Positions 20,001 through 28,497 of a stretch of DNA of 64,000 nucleotides are shown piece after piece (position 1 is the first letter of the stretch; every line of letters starts with the position of its first letter). The notes beneath the pieces were generated by a model. It was not told the origin of the DNA, made no database searches, and worked only from the letters and a program-made list of their open reading frames with translations. Position numbers and translations under genes: made by a program. Source of the stretch: Acetobacteraceae bacterium (GTDB lineage: Bacteria > Pseudomonadota > Alphaproteobacteria > Acetobacterales > Acetobacteraceae); the NCBI GenBank assembly GCA_965246925.1, contig OZ251994.1:1060557-1124556 (forward strand), written 5' to 3'.

Positions 20001-20696
20001 GACCGATCCGGACGCGCCCGACGCCCGCCCGGCGTAGAAGCCGCCGCTCAGCAGGAGCTTACCGCCATTGACCGCGACCGACCCGGTCCCGCCCCGCCCG
20101 ACGGCGAGCGCCGCAACGCCGCCATTGGTTGGATCGGGCGTGCCCAGCCGCGCCGTGCCGCCTGCCAGCACGGAGAGGGTGCCGTTGCCAGTGTTCCCGA
20201 CCGCGGCCGCGTTGCCGTTAAGATCCAATAACGATCCCGTGCCCAGCACGGTGACTGAGCCAGTGGAGTTGGTGGAGCCGATGGCCAGGATGTAGTTCTG
20301 GTTCTGGGCCGCGATAGTGGTGTTGAACACGCCGCCCGCGCCGATGTTCAGCGTGCCGAGGCTCGTGCCATTGCCCGCGGCATTGCCCACCAGCGCCGTC
20401 CCGCCCGTCAGCGTCAGGGTGCCGCCGCTTACGACGTTGAGCAGGGTCTGTATGGTAAAGCCGCCGGCCGAAAGCTGACCGGGCCCGAACGTCCACGCCG
20501 TGCTCGGCCCGGCCAGGAACTGCGCCTGCGCGACGGTGGCGGTGCCGGTGATGGCCGCGCCTGACGTGGCAGAGAACTGCGCCGTGTCGGCGATGCCGGG
20601 CACGGTGGTCTCGGGCGATTCAGGAGTGGTGAGATTGGTCCAATCGGCCGCAAGAGCCAGGTCCGTCCGCACGCTGGTGAACTTATAGACGGCCAT
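17037..20696 (-). CDS. Large repeat protein: beta-helix-like Gly/Thr/Ala-rich N-terminal ~855 aa plus nine C-terminal ~37-aa repeats
   Basis: 1219-aa ORF. Periodic segments such as GSVTVxGxGSxLxxxG...GTLSVLAGG. The C-terminus carries repeated YLxxNPDVAAAGIDPLLHYxxxGWxEGRDPS units. No N-terminal signal peptide and no C-terminal beta-barrel. Confidence 0.8.
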   Translation of the reverse strand: MAVYKFTSVRTDLALAADWTNLTTPESPETTVPGIADTAQFSATSGAAITGTATVAQAQFLAGPSTAWTFGPGQLSAGGFTIQTLLNVVSGGTLTLTGGTALVGNAAGNGTSLGTLNIGAGGVFNTTIAAQNQNYILAIGSTNSTGSVTVLGTGSLLDLNGNAAAVGNTGNGTLSVLAGGTARLGTPDPTNGGVAALAVGRGGTGSVAVNGGKLLLSGGFYAGRASGASGSVTVSNAGVLTQTSVVATDQNTIGAGGTINGVAAFGGSGSFSVLLGGVATLENTLVAGNQGDSGSVLVAGVGSRLNLGGQLFLGSGTTNPNGAGSLSVQDGGNVALTAAGDTSKYYVVVGNSASTSGILTVNGAGATLDSGANGVAIGYSGTGSATVSGGGTVRSSSADSAVNAALAIGRTAGAAGLLTVSGMGSSYTASGYVFVGRAGTGTLIVDQGGTFTGGQGAGGTALEYAVTIGDGTPTLGANGMPNSPLLFGGTGTARVSNGAMLHTLGNLDVGRRGTSGSVTVDTAGRVLVDAQLLVGSGVDRPGGTGTVTIQGGGTLKAGGLHVLATPGAVLGNDAGTSGTVTVTGAGSSLTTSGDWLSVGRAGTGTLSVLAGGTVTSGAAYADTESALNVGSLAGGVGTVTVSGAGSMLNAAGLAVLGGGNPGSGLAAGGTGTLSVMSGGLFRAANLSSFAGSSLTVDGTGTGVIGASAGTAGLLTVDQGATLGGAGTVHASVRVNGAVTATGGTLSVDSVSGTGTLGANGGTLVLGGLGGQTLQFSGLNSVIRVNALAGNGQVTGFAIGDALDFGAGLAASLAGSVITVRQGASVVGTETLAGLAPGVSVTLVADGAGGQKLVAGDPLFDPVYYLAHNPDIAAAGIDPYQHYVTLGWKEGRDPSALFSTGYYLAHNPITPGVNPLQDFENGGWQAGRDPSASFSTSDYLAANPDVKAAGIDPLLHYVQSGKAEGRAAFAVGTLTDPLVDAAYYYAHNPDVKAAGVDAATHYLSSGWMEGRNPDALFDTNFYLTQNPDIAAAHIDPLLHFEANGWREARDPSLLFSDAKYFAANPDVAAAGIDPLLHYVQSGQNEGRAAFLSGPSAAADPLVQAAYYDPQLGATLIPTGVAAQQQAAASYDAVGWQRGLNPDAYFNTAYYLSHNPDVAAAHIDPLLHYEANGWREGRDPSAQFSTSKYLAAYADIRAAGVDPLLHFVAFGQAEGRVAFAV
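17040..18131 (-). repeat. Coding tandem repeats: 3 x (3 x ~37 aa) module
   Basis: The last 364 aa form three ~120-aa super-repeats, each made of three NPD(V/I)AAAG(I/V)DPLLH(Y/F)...G(W)xEGR units. The third unit of each set ends in (A/N)EGR(A/V)AF. Confidence 0.75.
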
Positions 20697-20905
20697 GAGC
20701 CAACCTCGGATGATGCGATGTCATAACAAATAGCGGCTGTTTCGCGAAGTGCAAGCTACTTTGTTGTTGGGTGGCTCATGCGTGTGCATGACGGAATGCG
20801 GCGGACATTCACCCCACGATTGCGAGCCCGCTGAAGCGAGTAAGCCAGGGCCTCAAAAGGATAGCTTCGGCCAGCGCCCTCGCGATGGTGGGGGTGTGAT
20901 GGCGT

Positions 20906-22498
20906 CTATCCGGCCACGACATCCAGCACTGTGGTGGCTGGCGCCGTGTTGCCGCGCCAGGCGACGTGCTGATCGGGCCTGATCAGGGCGTAGCGGGCCT
21001 GATACAGCGAGGGCAGCCGCTCATCGTGCAGCACGAAGACCGTGAGCGGAAGGCCGCGCGTTTGAGCCGCAGCCTGGAACGGCGCAACGTCCGGTCCTGC
21101 TTCCCCGAGCACCAGTAGGGTGAATCCTGTGCCGAAATGGTCATACAGCGACGACCCGTCCTGTAGCCACGCGTGCGGTGCCAGGCAGCCCGGCGTGGCG
21201 GAGGGCACATAATGCACCGGGTCCTCCGGCGGCGCGTCCGTGCCGTCCGGGATCAGCAGCGGGGAGCCGGCGTAGTGGGCGCCAAGGACGATGCCGAGCG
21301 TGTCGAACTCGCGCCGTTTGGTGCGCCGGATGATCTCGCCCACCTCTTGGCGGACCTCGTCGCCCTCGGGCCCGTCCACCTCAAGCCCTGGCCGCACCAG
21401 CTGGTTGCCGAGCGTGTTGTAGTTGATCTTCGCCTCCGCGATCACCCGCTCGTGCACCGGACGCCGCTCCTGCTGGTAGGAGGGCAGCAGCGCCGGGCCG
21501 CCCCAGCCCTGTAGCGTGGCGGCGAGCTTCCAGCCCAGATCGACCGCGTCGCCGATGCCCATGTTCATCCCGAAGCCGCCGAACGGCGGATGCAGGTGGC
21601 AGGCGTCGCCGGCCAGGAACACGCGGCCCCGGCTATAGATATCGGCGATCTTGCTCTGCGCCACCCAGGGGTCGGTCCGCACGATCTCGATCCCGAGGTC
21701 CGGGAACCCTGTGCCGCGGCGGATCAGCGCGACCGGGTCCACCGTCGCCGGGTCCACGTCATGCGGCAGCTTGGTCGCCATGAAGAACCACAGCCCGTGC
21801 ATGTCCATGGGGCCCAGCAAAGCCGGCACGTCCTGGTTGACCAGCCAATACATGATGGCCTCGGCGTGGGTGTGCCGGGTGGGCAGGTCCGGGGCGCGGA
21901 AGATGATGCTGTAGTTCTTCAGCGCCGGAGTCTCGCCCTCGAGCAGGGCGCCGATGGCATCCCGCACGAAGCTCCGCCCGCCATCGGCCCCCACCAGATA
22001 CCGGCTGCGCAGCGTGTGGGTCAGGCCGGTGGCGAGGGTGCGGATGGTGCTGGTGACTCCCTCCGCGTCCTGTTCCACGCCGCAGATCTCGTCGCCGAAC
22101 TGGATGCTGACGCCGGGCAGGGAGAGGGCGTGCTGGCGCAAGACGTCCTCCAGCGTGTATTGCGGCACCCACTGGCTCTCCTCGGAAAACAGCTCGTTCC
22201 GCTCCCGCCGTCCGTGCATGCCGTTCTCGAACCGCGCCAGCTCGTGCCCGTTCATGCGGGTCGCGAATAGGACGTTGGGTGGGTAATCCGGATGGATGGG
22301 TGAGGCCTGGCGCAGCGTGTCCGCGATGCCCCAGCGGCGCAGGTGCTCCCGGGTGCGGACGTTGGTGGTCTTGGCGCGCGGGCTGTATCCCACGCGGTCA
22401 TTGCGTTCGATCACCGTGCACGGCACGCCGCGGTGGCCCAGTTCGATGGCGAGCGACAGCCCGACCGGCCCGGCGCCGGCGATCAGCACGGCAACCAT
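20906..22498 (-). CDS. FAD-dependent aromatic-ring monooxygenase (PheA/TfdB-like)
   Basis: VLIAGAGPVGLSLAIEL GxGxxG motif, GRVFLAGDACHLHPPFGGFGMN FAD motif, 530 aa. Confidence 0.85.
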   Translation of the reverse strand: MVAVLIAGAGPVGLSLAIELGHRGVPCTVIERNDRVGYSPRAKTTNVRTREHLRRWGIADTLRQASPIHPDYPPNVLFATRMNGHELARFENGMHGRRERNELFSEESQWVPQYTLEDVLRQHALSLPGVSIQFGDEICGVEQDAEGVTSTIRTLATGLTHTLRSRYLVGADGGRSFVRDAIGALLEGETPALKNYSIIFRAPDLPTRHTHAEAIMYWLVNQDVPALLGPMDMHGLWFFMATKLPHDVDPATVDPVALIRRGTGFPDLGIEIVRTDPWVAQSKIADIYSRGRVFLAGDACHLHPPFGGFGMNMGIGDAVDLGWKLAATLQGWGGPALLPSYQQERRPVHERVIAEAKINYNTLGNQLVRPGLEVDGPEGDEVRQEVGEIIRRTKRREFDTLGIVLGAHYAGSPLLIPDGTDAPPEDPVHYVPSATPGCLAPHAWLQDGSSLYDHFGTGFTLLVLGEAGPDVAPFQAAAQTRGLPLTVFVLHDERLPSLYQARYALIRPDQHVAWRGNTAPATTVLDVVAG

Positions 22499-22499
22499 A

Positions 22500-23699
22500 T
22501 CAGTGCCGGGCCGGCGGCATCATGAAGGTGAGCAGCACGATCACCAGCGCCGCCGCCGCGAACAGCAGCGCGCCGGGCTGATAGCTGCCGAACCGCTCAT
22601 AGGCGGCGCTGGCCAGCACCGGGCCGGTGCCGGTGCCGATCAGGAATACGCCGAATGCCAGGCCATAGAGCCTCCCGAACACGGCACCACCGAAATACCG
22701 CCGGACGAAGAAGGCGGTAAAATCCACCTCCGCCCCCACCACGGCTCCTAGCAAGGCCGCGATCAGGTAGCCGGCGCCCGGAAAATCGCCATAGGCCATC
22801 AGCAGGAACGCGCCCAGCGCCAGCGTGGCGACGGCGGCCACCACGGTGGGCGGATGCACCCGGTCCAGCACCCAGCCAATCCCGCCCCGGCCCAGTATGG
22901 CCGCAATCCCGGTCAGCCCGGCGATCCCGGCCGCATCCTGCGGTGAGAACCCGCGCCCGATCATGACCGGCACGATGCTCGTCAGCGCGCCGATCGAGGT
23001 GATGCCCAGCAGCAGGAAGATCACGCACATCAGCACGAAGGCCCGGCTGGTGATCAGCGGCCATAGCGGCGTCCGCAGCGTGCCCGGCACCAGCCGCGCC
23101 ACCGGCCCGGTCCCGCGTGTGGCGATCAGCGCGGCGGGCAGGGTGCAAACGAGCGTCAGCAGCCCCAACGCCGCATACGCCTCGCGCCAGCCAAAATCGG
23201 CCATCAGCCGCCCGGTGAGCGGCGGCAGGATCGCGGCGCCGATCCCCACCCCCATGAGCGCCAGCCCCAGCGCCAGCCCCAGATGCCGGTCGAACCGCCG
23301 CACCAGGACCGCCAAATAGCCGATCGGCGACGCCCCGCCCGCCAGGAACGAGATGGCCGCGAACGTCAGATAATATTGCGGCAAGCTGTTCAGTAACGCG
23401 AGCGACGCGACCAGCGCCGAGATGCACAGCACCGAGGACACGATCACCGGACGCGGCCCGAACCGATCGATCAGCAGCCCCCACACCGGCGCGGACACGG
23501 CAAAGGTGTATTGCGACACGGCCAGCGCCCCGGCCAACTGCGTCCGGCTCCAGCCGAACTCCGTCACGAGCGGGCGGACGAAAACGCCGAAGGTATAGAG
23601 CAGAAGGGTTCCGAGCGAGAAAACCAGCCCCACGGTACACGCGGCGACGATCCCCCAGCCCCGGTCCATCGCGGCGTCATCCACAAGCGGAGCCTGCAT
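22500..23699 (-). CDS. MFS transporter
   Basis: About 12 hydrophobic segments. The start is uncertain (ATG 23699 or 23669). The stop abuts the monooxygenase start. Confidence 0.8.
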   Translation of the reverse strand: MQAPLVDDAAMDRGWGIVAACTVGLVFSLGTLLLYTFGVFVRPLVTEFGWSRTQLAGALAVSQYTFAVSAPVWGLLIDRFGPRPVIVSSVLCISALVASLALLNSLPQYYLTFAAISFLAGGASPIGYLAVLVRRFDRHLGLALGLALMGVGIGAAILPPLTGRLMADFGWREAYAALGLLTLVCTLPAALIATRGTGPVARLVPGTLRTPLWPLITSRAFVLMCVIFLLLGITSIGALTSIVPVMIGRGFSPQDAAGIAGLTGIAAILGRGGIGWVLDRVHPPTVVAAVATLALGAFLLMAYGDFPGAGYLIAALLGAVVGAEVDFTAFFVRRYFGGAVFGRLYGLAFGVFLIGTGTGPVLASAAYERFGSYQPGALLFAAAALVIVLLTFMMPPARH

Positions 23700-23826
23700 T
23701 GATTGCGACGACACCGTCCAAGCCTCCCTTTTATTGACGAAGACCATGCGGGAGTGTGGCACGACCGGAAAGATGGAAGGATGCGCTGACCGATGCCGGA
23801 ACCGCATCGCCCCGGCCGCACAAGGC

Positions 23827-24717
23827 TCACGCGATTCGAGTGCGGCGGAGCAGGTCGAGAAAAAAGTTGGCCGCCGGGGTTAGCACCAGGTCCGCCCGCT
23901 TGATCACCACGATCGGCGGAGCCTCCAGCTCTTCGTGCACCTTGATCGTGGACAGCATACCGCGCGCCAGCGGGAACTCGCTCCATTGCACCGGCACCAT
24001 GGACAGGAAGTCGGTGTTCAGCAGGCATGTGAGCAACGTCAGCGCCGATTGGCTGCGCAGCGCGACTCGCGGGCGCGGAAGGCCATGCTGGACGAAGACG
24101 GCGGTGATCTCCTCCTCGTCGGCCAGGGTGATGGAGTTGGTGGCCCAGCTCGCCCCGGCCAGTTGCGCTAGCGTCGTAGAGCCAGCCAACGGATGGCCGG
24201 TCCGGCACAATACGGTCCGGCGGTTGGGGCTCAGCACCTCCCGCTCCAACTCCGGTGCTACGCGGGGGCCGGGGTCCACGCCCAAGTAGAAATCGACGCT
24301 GCCATCGCGGAGGCCGGGTTCGAGCGTGGGGTAGAACCCCTCGACGATATGCAGCTTGGCCTTCGGATAACGGCGCGCGAACGGGCGAAGGGCGGAGGGC
24401 AAATAGGCGAGGTGCGCGGCGATCGACAGGCCGGCCGTCACAGTCCCGGTGGTGGCGCCGCCGAGCTGGTCCACCTCGTCCCGGGCGCGGCGCATCTCGT
24501 TCACGATGGAGGCAGCCCGGCGGACGAACAGCTCACCCAGCGGCGTCGCGACCACGCCGCGCGCCCGGCGCTCGAACAGGGACGCGCCTAGCTCGCGCTC
24601 CAGCTCCGCCAGATTCCGCGTCAGCGCCGGCTGGCTGGTGCCTAGCGCGCGCGCCGCCGCCCGGATGCTGCCCTGCCCGGCGATCGCGACCACGTCCCGC
24701 AGATGGCTGAGCTTCAT
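23827..24717 (-). CDS. LysR-family transcriptional regulator
   Basis: MKLSHLRDVVAIAGQGSIRAAARALGTSQPALTRNLAELE is the LysR HTH. The start was moved to ATG 24717. Confidence 0.9.
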   Translation of the reverse strand: MKLSHLRDVVAIAGQGSIRAAARALGTSQPALTRNLAELERELGASLFERRARGVVATPLGELFVRRAASIVNEMRRARDEVDQLGGATTGTVTAGLSIAAHLAYLPSALRPFARRYPKAKLHIVEGFYPTLEPGLRDGSVDFYLGVDPGPRVAPELEREVLSPNRRTVLCRTGHPLAGSTTLAQLAGASWATNSITLADEEEITAVFVQHGLPRPRVALRSQSALTLLTCLLNTDFLSMVPVQWSEFPLARGMLSTIKVHEELEAPPIVVIKRADLVLTPAANFFLDLLRRTRIA

Positions 24718-24727
24718 GCCCCGGAGG

Positions 24728-26230
24728 TTAGGAGATCCAGCGCCGCCGGGCCAGGGCCGAGCCGTCGATGAATTCGAAACCGCCACCGCTGTTCAGGGTA
24801 TGGAGGCGGCGGCCGGGCCAGAGCGGGCCGGCGGTCAGCACGGTTTCGACCTGCTGCGCGAACCCATCCTCGTCCAGCCGGTCCACCCGGGCGATGCCGA
24901 GCGCGGCGCCGTAGCCCTGGCTGCAGTCCTGCACCGGGCGCAGCAGCACGCCGTCCCGCACCACCATACGCCCGGCCGGGCGGGCGGAGGCGATATCGAT
25001 CAGCACCGGATTGCCGGCGTGCGCCACCCAAGGGCCGCGGAAATCGTCCGCATACCAAAGGTGCAACGTGTCGGAGTAGGCGCCGCCGTCGCGTACGGTG
25101 GCGAACATCCACCAGCGCCCGCCATGCTGGGTCAGGGTAGCGTCACTGGCGATGACGTCTTGCACGAGCGTGGCTTCCCGCACCCAGCCACCCGGGAAGG
25201 CGGTGGCGCGGAATAGGTCAATCTGCCCAGCGGCACAGCTTTCGGGGATCATCCACATCTCGCCATCGGCGGGGAACACGAACGGGTAAGAGAGGTGCCC
25301 CGGCTGCTCGAGCACCATCTCCGGGCGGCCTTCCGGGCCGTTCTGGCCCATAACCACGGCCGAGATCACGCCTTTACCGGCCCGGTGCGGAAATTCTTCG
25401 AGGAACAGGGTGGTGCGGCCGTCATGCTCGACCGGAAAAGGGTCGGCATAGAAGCGGCGGCCGTCATCCGGCAGAGTGTGCCAGCCCGTGTCCGGATGCC
25501 GGCGCAGGTCGAACAGGTCTGGCCCGTCCAGCCTACGCCAGCCGACCTGCCAGTGGGGTGAGTCGAACCAGAGCCGGTAGCCTTGGCGCAGCACTTTGGA
25601 AACGGCACGCCGGGCGGCTGTCCGCGCGGGTGTGGCGGCTTGCCGGCCCGCGCCCGATCCAGGCACGGGCGGGGTGCGGGCGGTGCCGTCCAGCGCCGAG
25701 AGAATCAGGGTCACGGCCCGCGCCTGGTAATCCTTTAGCGCCGCCTGCACCGTGCCGCCGTATTCGGTGCCGAGCCGGCCCGCGGCGATGACCTGCTCAC
25801 CCTCACGGAGGACCGCGACGGGTGGCTGCCCGGTTAGCAGCATATCCAGGAGTCCCGAGAGGCCCGGGCGGCCATCCTCCCCATCGAGCCCCCGCCCGAA
25901 GGTGAGCCGCCATACCCGGCCCGGCCCTAGTGCTGGATCTCCGCACAAATCGATCGCAAGGTCCGGCGGGCTGGAAAGCTTCTGTAGGTATGGACTGAGA
26001 TCGGCTTTGGACGAACCTGCCGATCCGTCCAGGGCCGCATCGAAGCGGAGCAGCCACCCGGCCTGCCGTGATAGGCGGCCAGCGCCCGGGCTGATATCTG
26101 CCGTGACCGAAGTGTCGGGACGTTTAGCAAGACGTTGCAGCAGGTCCAGGTGCCAGAGTTCGGCATGGGGACCGTCGAGACGGACGGTGAGACGCACGGG
26201 TGAAATCCTCGAAGTAACGAAATGGCTCAA
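24728..26230 (-). CDS. Hypothetical protein of polysaccharide loci (C-terminal GH43-like / glucosamine-inositolphosphorylceramide-transferase-like domain suspected)
   Basis: 500 aa. The C-terminal half (YADPFPVEHDGRTTLFLEEF ... GGRWWMFAT ... LHLWYADDFRGPW) recalls a conserved bacterial family seen next to EPS genes. Assignment is from memory only. Confidence 0.6.
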   Translation of the reverse strand: MSHFVTSRISPVRLTVRLDGPHAELWHLDLLQRLAKRPDTSVTADISPGAGRLSRQAGWLLRFDAALDGSAGSSKADLSPYLQKLSSPPDLAIDLCGDPALGPGRVWRLTFGRGLDGEDGRPGLSGLLDMLLTGQPPVAVLREGEQVIAAGRLGTEYGGTVQAALKDYQARAVTLILSALDGTARTPPVPGSGAGRQAATPARTAARRAVSKVLRQGYRLWFDSPHWQVGWRRLDGPDLFDLRRHPDTGWHTLPDDGRRFYADPFPVEHDGRTTLFLEEFPHRAGKGVISAVVMGQNGPEGRPEMVLEQPGHLSYPFVFPADGEMWMIPESCAAGQIDLFRATAFPGGWVREATLVQDVIASDATLTQHGGRWWMFATVRDGGAYSDTLHLWYADDFRGPWVAHAGNPVLIDIASARPAGRMVVRDGVLLRPVQDCSQGYGAALGIARVDRLDEDGFAQQVETVLTAGPLWPGRRLHTLNSGGGFEFIDGSALARRRWIS

Positions 26231-26286
26231 GCGCGTGCAGGTATGTCACGCAAACATACATTTTATGTTAACGTAAGCCAATTAAG
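26231..26286. promoter_or_regulatory. A+T-rich divergent promoter region
   Basis: CATACATTTTATGTTAACGTAAGCCAATTAAG lies between divergent genes in an otherwise G+C-rich context. No specific boxes are claimed. Confidence 0.4.
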
Positions 26287-28497
26287 ATGGAACTTGGCAA
26301 CTTGGACCCTTCAATGAGACAGCTGGTTTCCGCATCGTCCCCTTCCGGGGACCTCACGCTTTCGGCGTTGTCGCAAGGGTTTGCGCAGCCGGAGGGGACG
26401 GCGTCGGCCGGAGATCTATGGCGCATTCTGTGGCGCCGCCGCTTGTCGATCGGCGCGGTGACCTTGCTGCTGTTGGGGCTAACGCTCGCCTACTGCCTGC
26501 TGGCGCCACCGCTTTATACGTCGTCGTCCGAGCTGCTGATCGATCCGCGGGACCGCGTCGTCGTGGTGAACGATATCAATCCATCGACGGTCGCCCCGGA
26601 TGGCGGCATCACGCAGATCGAAAGCCAGGCACGGGTTATCGAATCATCGAGCGTCCTTCTGCGTGCCATTCAGCAGACCCACCTCACGGAAGACACCGAT
26701 TTCAACGGGGACGGTAAATGGGACCGCTTCGTGGAGATGATCAATCTCGGCCCGGCGAAGCCGCGGACGGAGGAGTCGGTTCTGGAGACGACGCTGGGCA
26801 GCTTGAAACGGCGGCTGTCGGTGAAACGGGCGGATAAAGTCTTTGTGATCGAGGTGATCATCAGCGCGCGGACGGCGGAGAAATCGGCGCGGCTGGCAAA
26901 TGCGATCGCCGAGGCCTACCTGGCGGACCTAGGGGCGGCGCGGGCGCAGTCTGGGGAGCGCGCGGCAAACGCGCTAGCGGCCAAGCTCGAGGCGCAGCAC
27001 GCGCGGGTGGACGAGGCGGAGAACGCCATCCAGGATTACAAACAGGAAAACGGCATCGTCACCGCGAGCGGGCAATTGCTGGGCGATCAGAAGCTGATCG
27101 AACTCAGCACCATGCTGACATCGGCGCAGAGCCGTAGTTCGGGCTTGCGGGCCAAGATCGATCAGGTGGACCAGGTCAGGCGATCCCAGGGCGCGGCCGA
27201 CGCAACGGCGGAGGCACTGCAATCCCCGGTGATCGGCAAGCTGCGTGAGCAGGAATCTGGCTTAGTGCAACAGAAGGCCGATCTGGAAGCGCGGCTGGGG
27301 CCCAATCATCCCGCGCTGGCCAACAACCGCGCTCAGCTGAATGACGTCCGCCGGCTGATCGGTGCCGAACTCACGCGTATCGCGACCTCGACCCGGGCGG
27401 ATTATGAACGGGCACTCAGCGATGAGCGGTTGCTGTCGGGCCAGATTCAACGGATTCAGAACTCGGCCAACGCCGTAAACCAGGCGATGGTCGGGCTGCG
27501 GGCGCTGGAGCGGGATTTGGACGCCCGGCGAAGCGTCTATACCGCTTTCCTGGTCCGCTCGCAGGAGATCCGGGAGCAGGCCGGAATCGACACGAGCAAT
27601 GCCCGGGTCATCACGCGGGCCATGCCGCCGTCTAAAAAGAGCTGGCCGTTGACGGGCATCCTGCTCGCGGGTGCCTTGGGCAGCGGGCTTGGGCTAGGGG
27701 GCGGACTGGCGCTCATACGGGAATATGCCCGGCCGACGCTGCTGGGGCCGCGGCAGGTGGAGCAGGCGGCTGGCGCGCGGGTGGTGGCGGTCTTGCCGGG
27801 ACGGGCGGGAAAGCACGCCGCCGGGGCGCTTCCGGCATTGCAGCGCACCGCGGATATACCCGGGCCGGGGGAGGACCGGGCGATCGGCAGCCTCGGCCTG
27901 GCGCTGCGCCGCATGCTGGATTTGCACGAGAGTGCGGAAGAACAGGTGGCGGTCCAAACCTTGGTCATCACGTCCGGCGCGGGTGACCTCAGCTCACGGC
28001 GCCGGGTCTGCACCCTGTTTGCGGCGGCCGCAGCCCGGCGGGGCGACCGGGTGCTGCTGGTGGAGGCCGGCCAGATCGGCACCGTGTTCAGCCAGGAGCC
28101 GGGGTTGATGGATGTGTTGCGCGGAGACCAGAAATTGGCGGCAGCGGTGCAACGGCCGGCTTCGTCCGGTCCCGCCCGTCTTGGTCCCGGACGCGCCTCG
28201 CAGCAGGACGGGACGACGCTTCAGGATCTGAGCCTCGGGCGGCGGGGTCAGCGGGAGAACGCCGCCTGGCGCATGCTGGTCGAGGCGCGAAACCTGTTCG
28301 ACCTCGTGATCATCGACGGCGGTGTTCTCACGGATAACCTGGCCGTGGCGCCCTTGCTTTCGGCGGCCAACGAAGTGGTGTTCGTCGCCCATTTGGCGCG
28401 GACGACGCTGCACGATCTGCGGGTGCTGGCGGACGCGGCCATGATTATGGGGCACCCGCTTTCGGCCGCGGTGCTGATCGATGACCGGATTGGCTAG
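26287..28497 (+). CDS. GumC/Wzz-type polysaccharide co-polymerase with degenerate C-terminal BY-kinase-like domain
   Basis: N-terminal TM, a long coiled-coil periplasmic region, a second TM (WPLTGILLAGALGSGLGLGGGLALI), then a P-loop-NTPase-like domain lacking GK(S/T). Confidence 0.8.
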   Translation: MELGNLDPSMRQLVSASSPSGDLTLSALSQGFAQPEGTASAGDLWRILWRRRLSIGAVTLLLLGLTLAYCLLAPPLYTSSSELLIDPRDRVVVVNDINPSTVAPDGGITQIESQARVIESSSVLLRAIQQTHLTEDTDFNGDGKWDRFVEMINLGPAKPRTEESVLETTLGSLKRRLSVKRADKVFVIEVIISARTAEKSARLANAIAEAYLADLGAARAQSGERAANALAAKLEAQHARVDEAENAIQDYKQENGIVTASGQLLGDQKLIELSTMLTSAQSRSSGLRAKIDQVDQVRRSQGAADATAEALQSPVIGKLREQESGLVQQKADLEARLGPNHPALANNRAQLNDVRRLIGAELTRIATSTRADYERALSDERLLSGQIQRIQNSANAVNQAMVGLRALERDLDARRSVYTAFLVRSQEIREQAGIDTSNARVITRAMPPSKKSWPLTGILLAGALGSGLGLGGGLALIREYARPTLLGPRQVEQAAGARVVAVLPGRAGKHAAGALPALQRTADIPGPGEDRAIGSLGLALRRMLDLHESAEEQVAVQTLVITSGAGDLSSRRRVCTLFAAAAARRGDRVLLVEAGQIGTVFSQEPGLMDVLRGDQKLAAAVQRPASSGPARLGPGRASQQDGTTLQDLSLGRRGQRENAAWRMLVEARNLFDLVIIDGGVLTDNLAVAPLLSAANEVVFVAHLARTTLHDLRVLADAAMIMGHPLSAAVLIDDRIG

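Noticed and set aside
17037-20696. Calling the giant protein a classical (type Va) autotransporter or an RTX toxin.
   Set aside because: It has no N-terminal signal peptide, no C-terminal beta-barrel translocator and no GGxGxD nonapeptide repeats. Only the passenger-like repeat character is shared.
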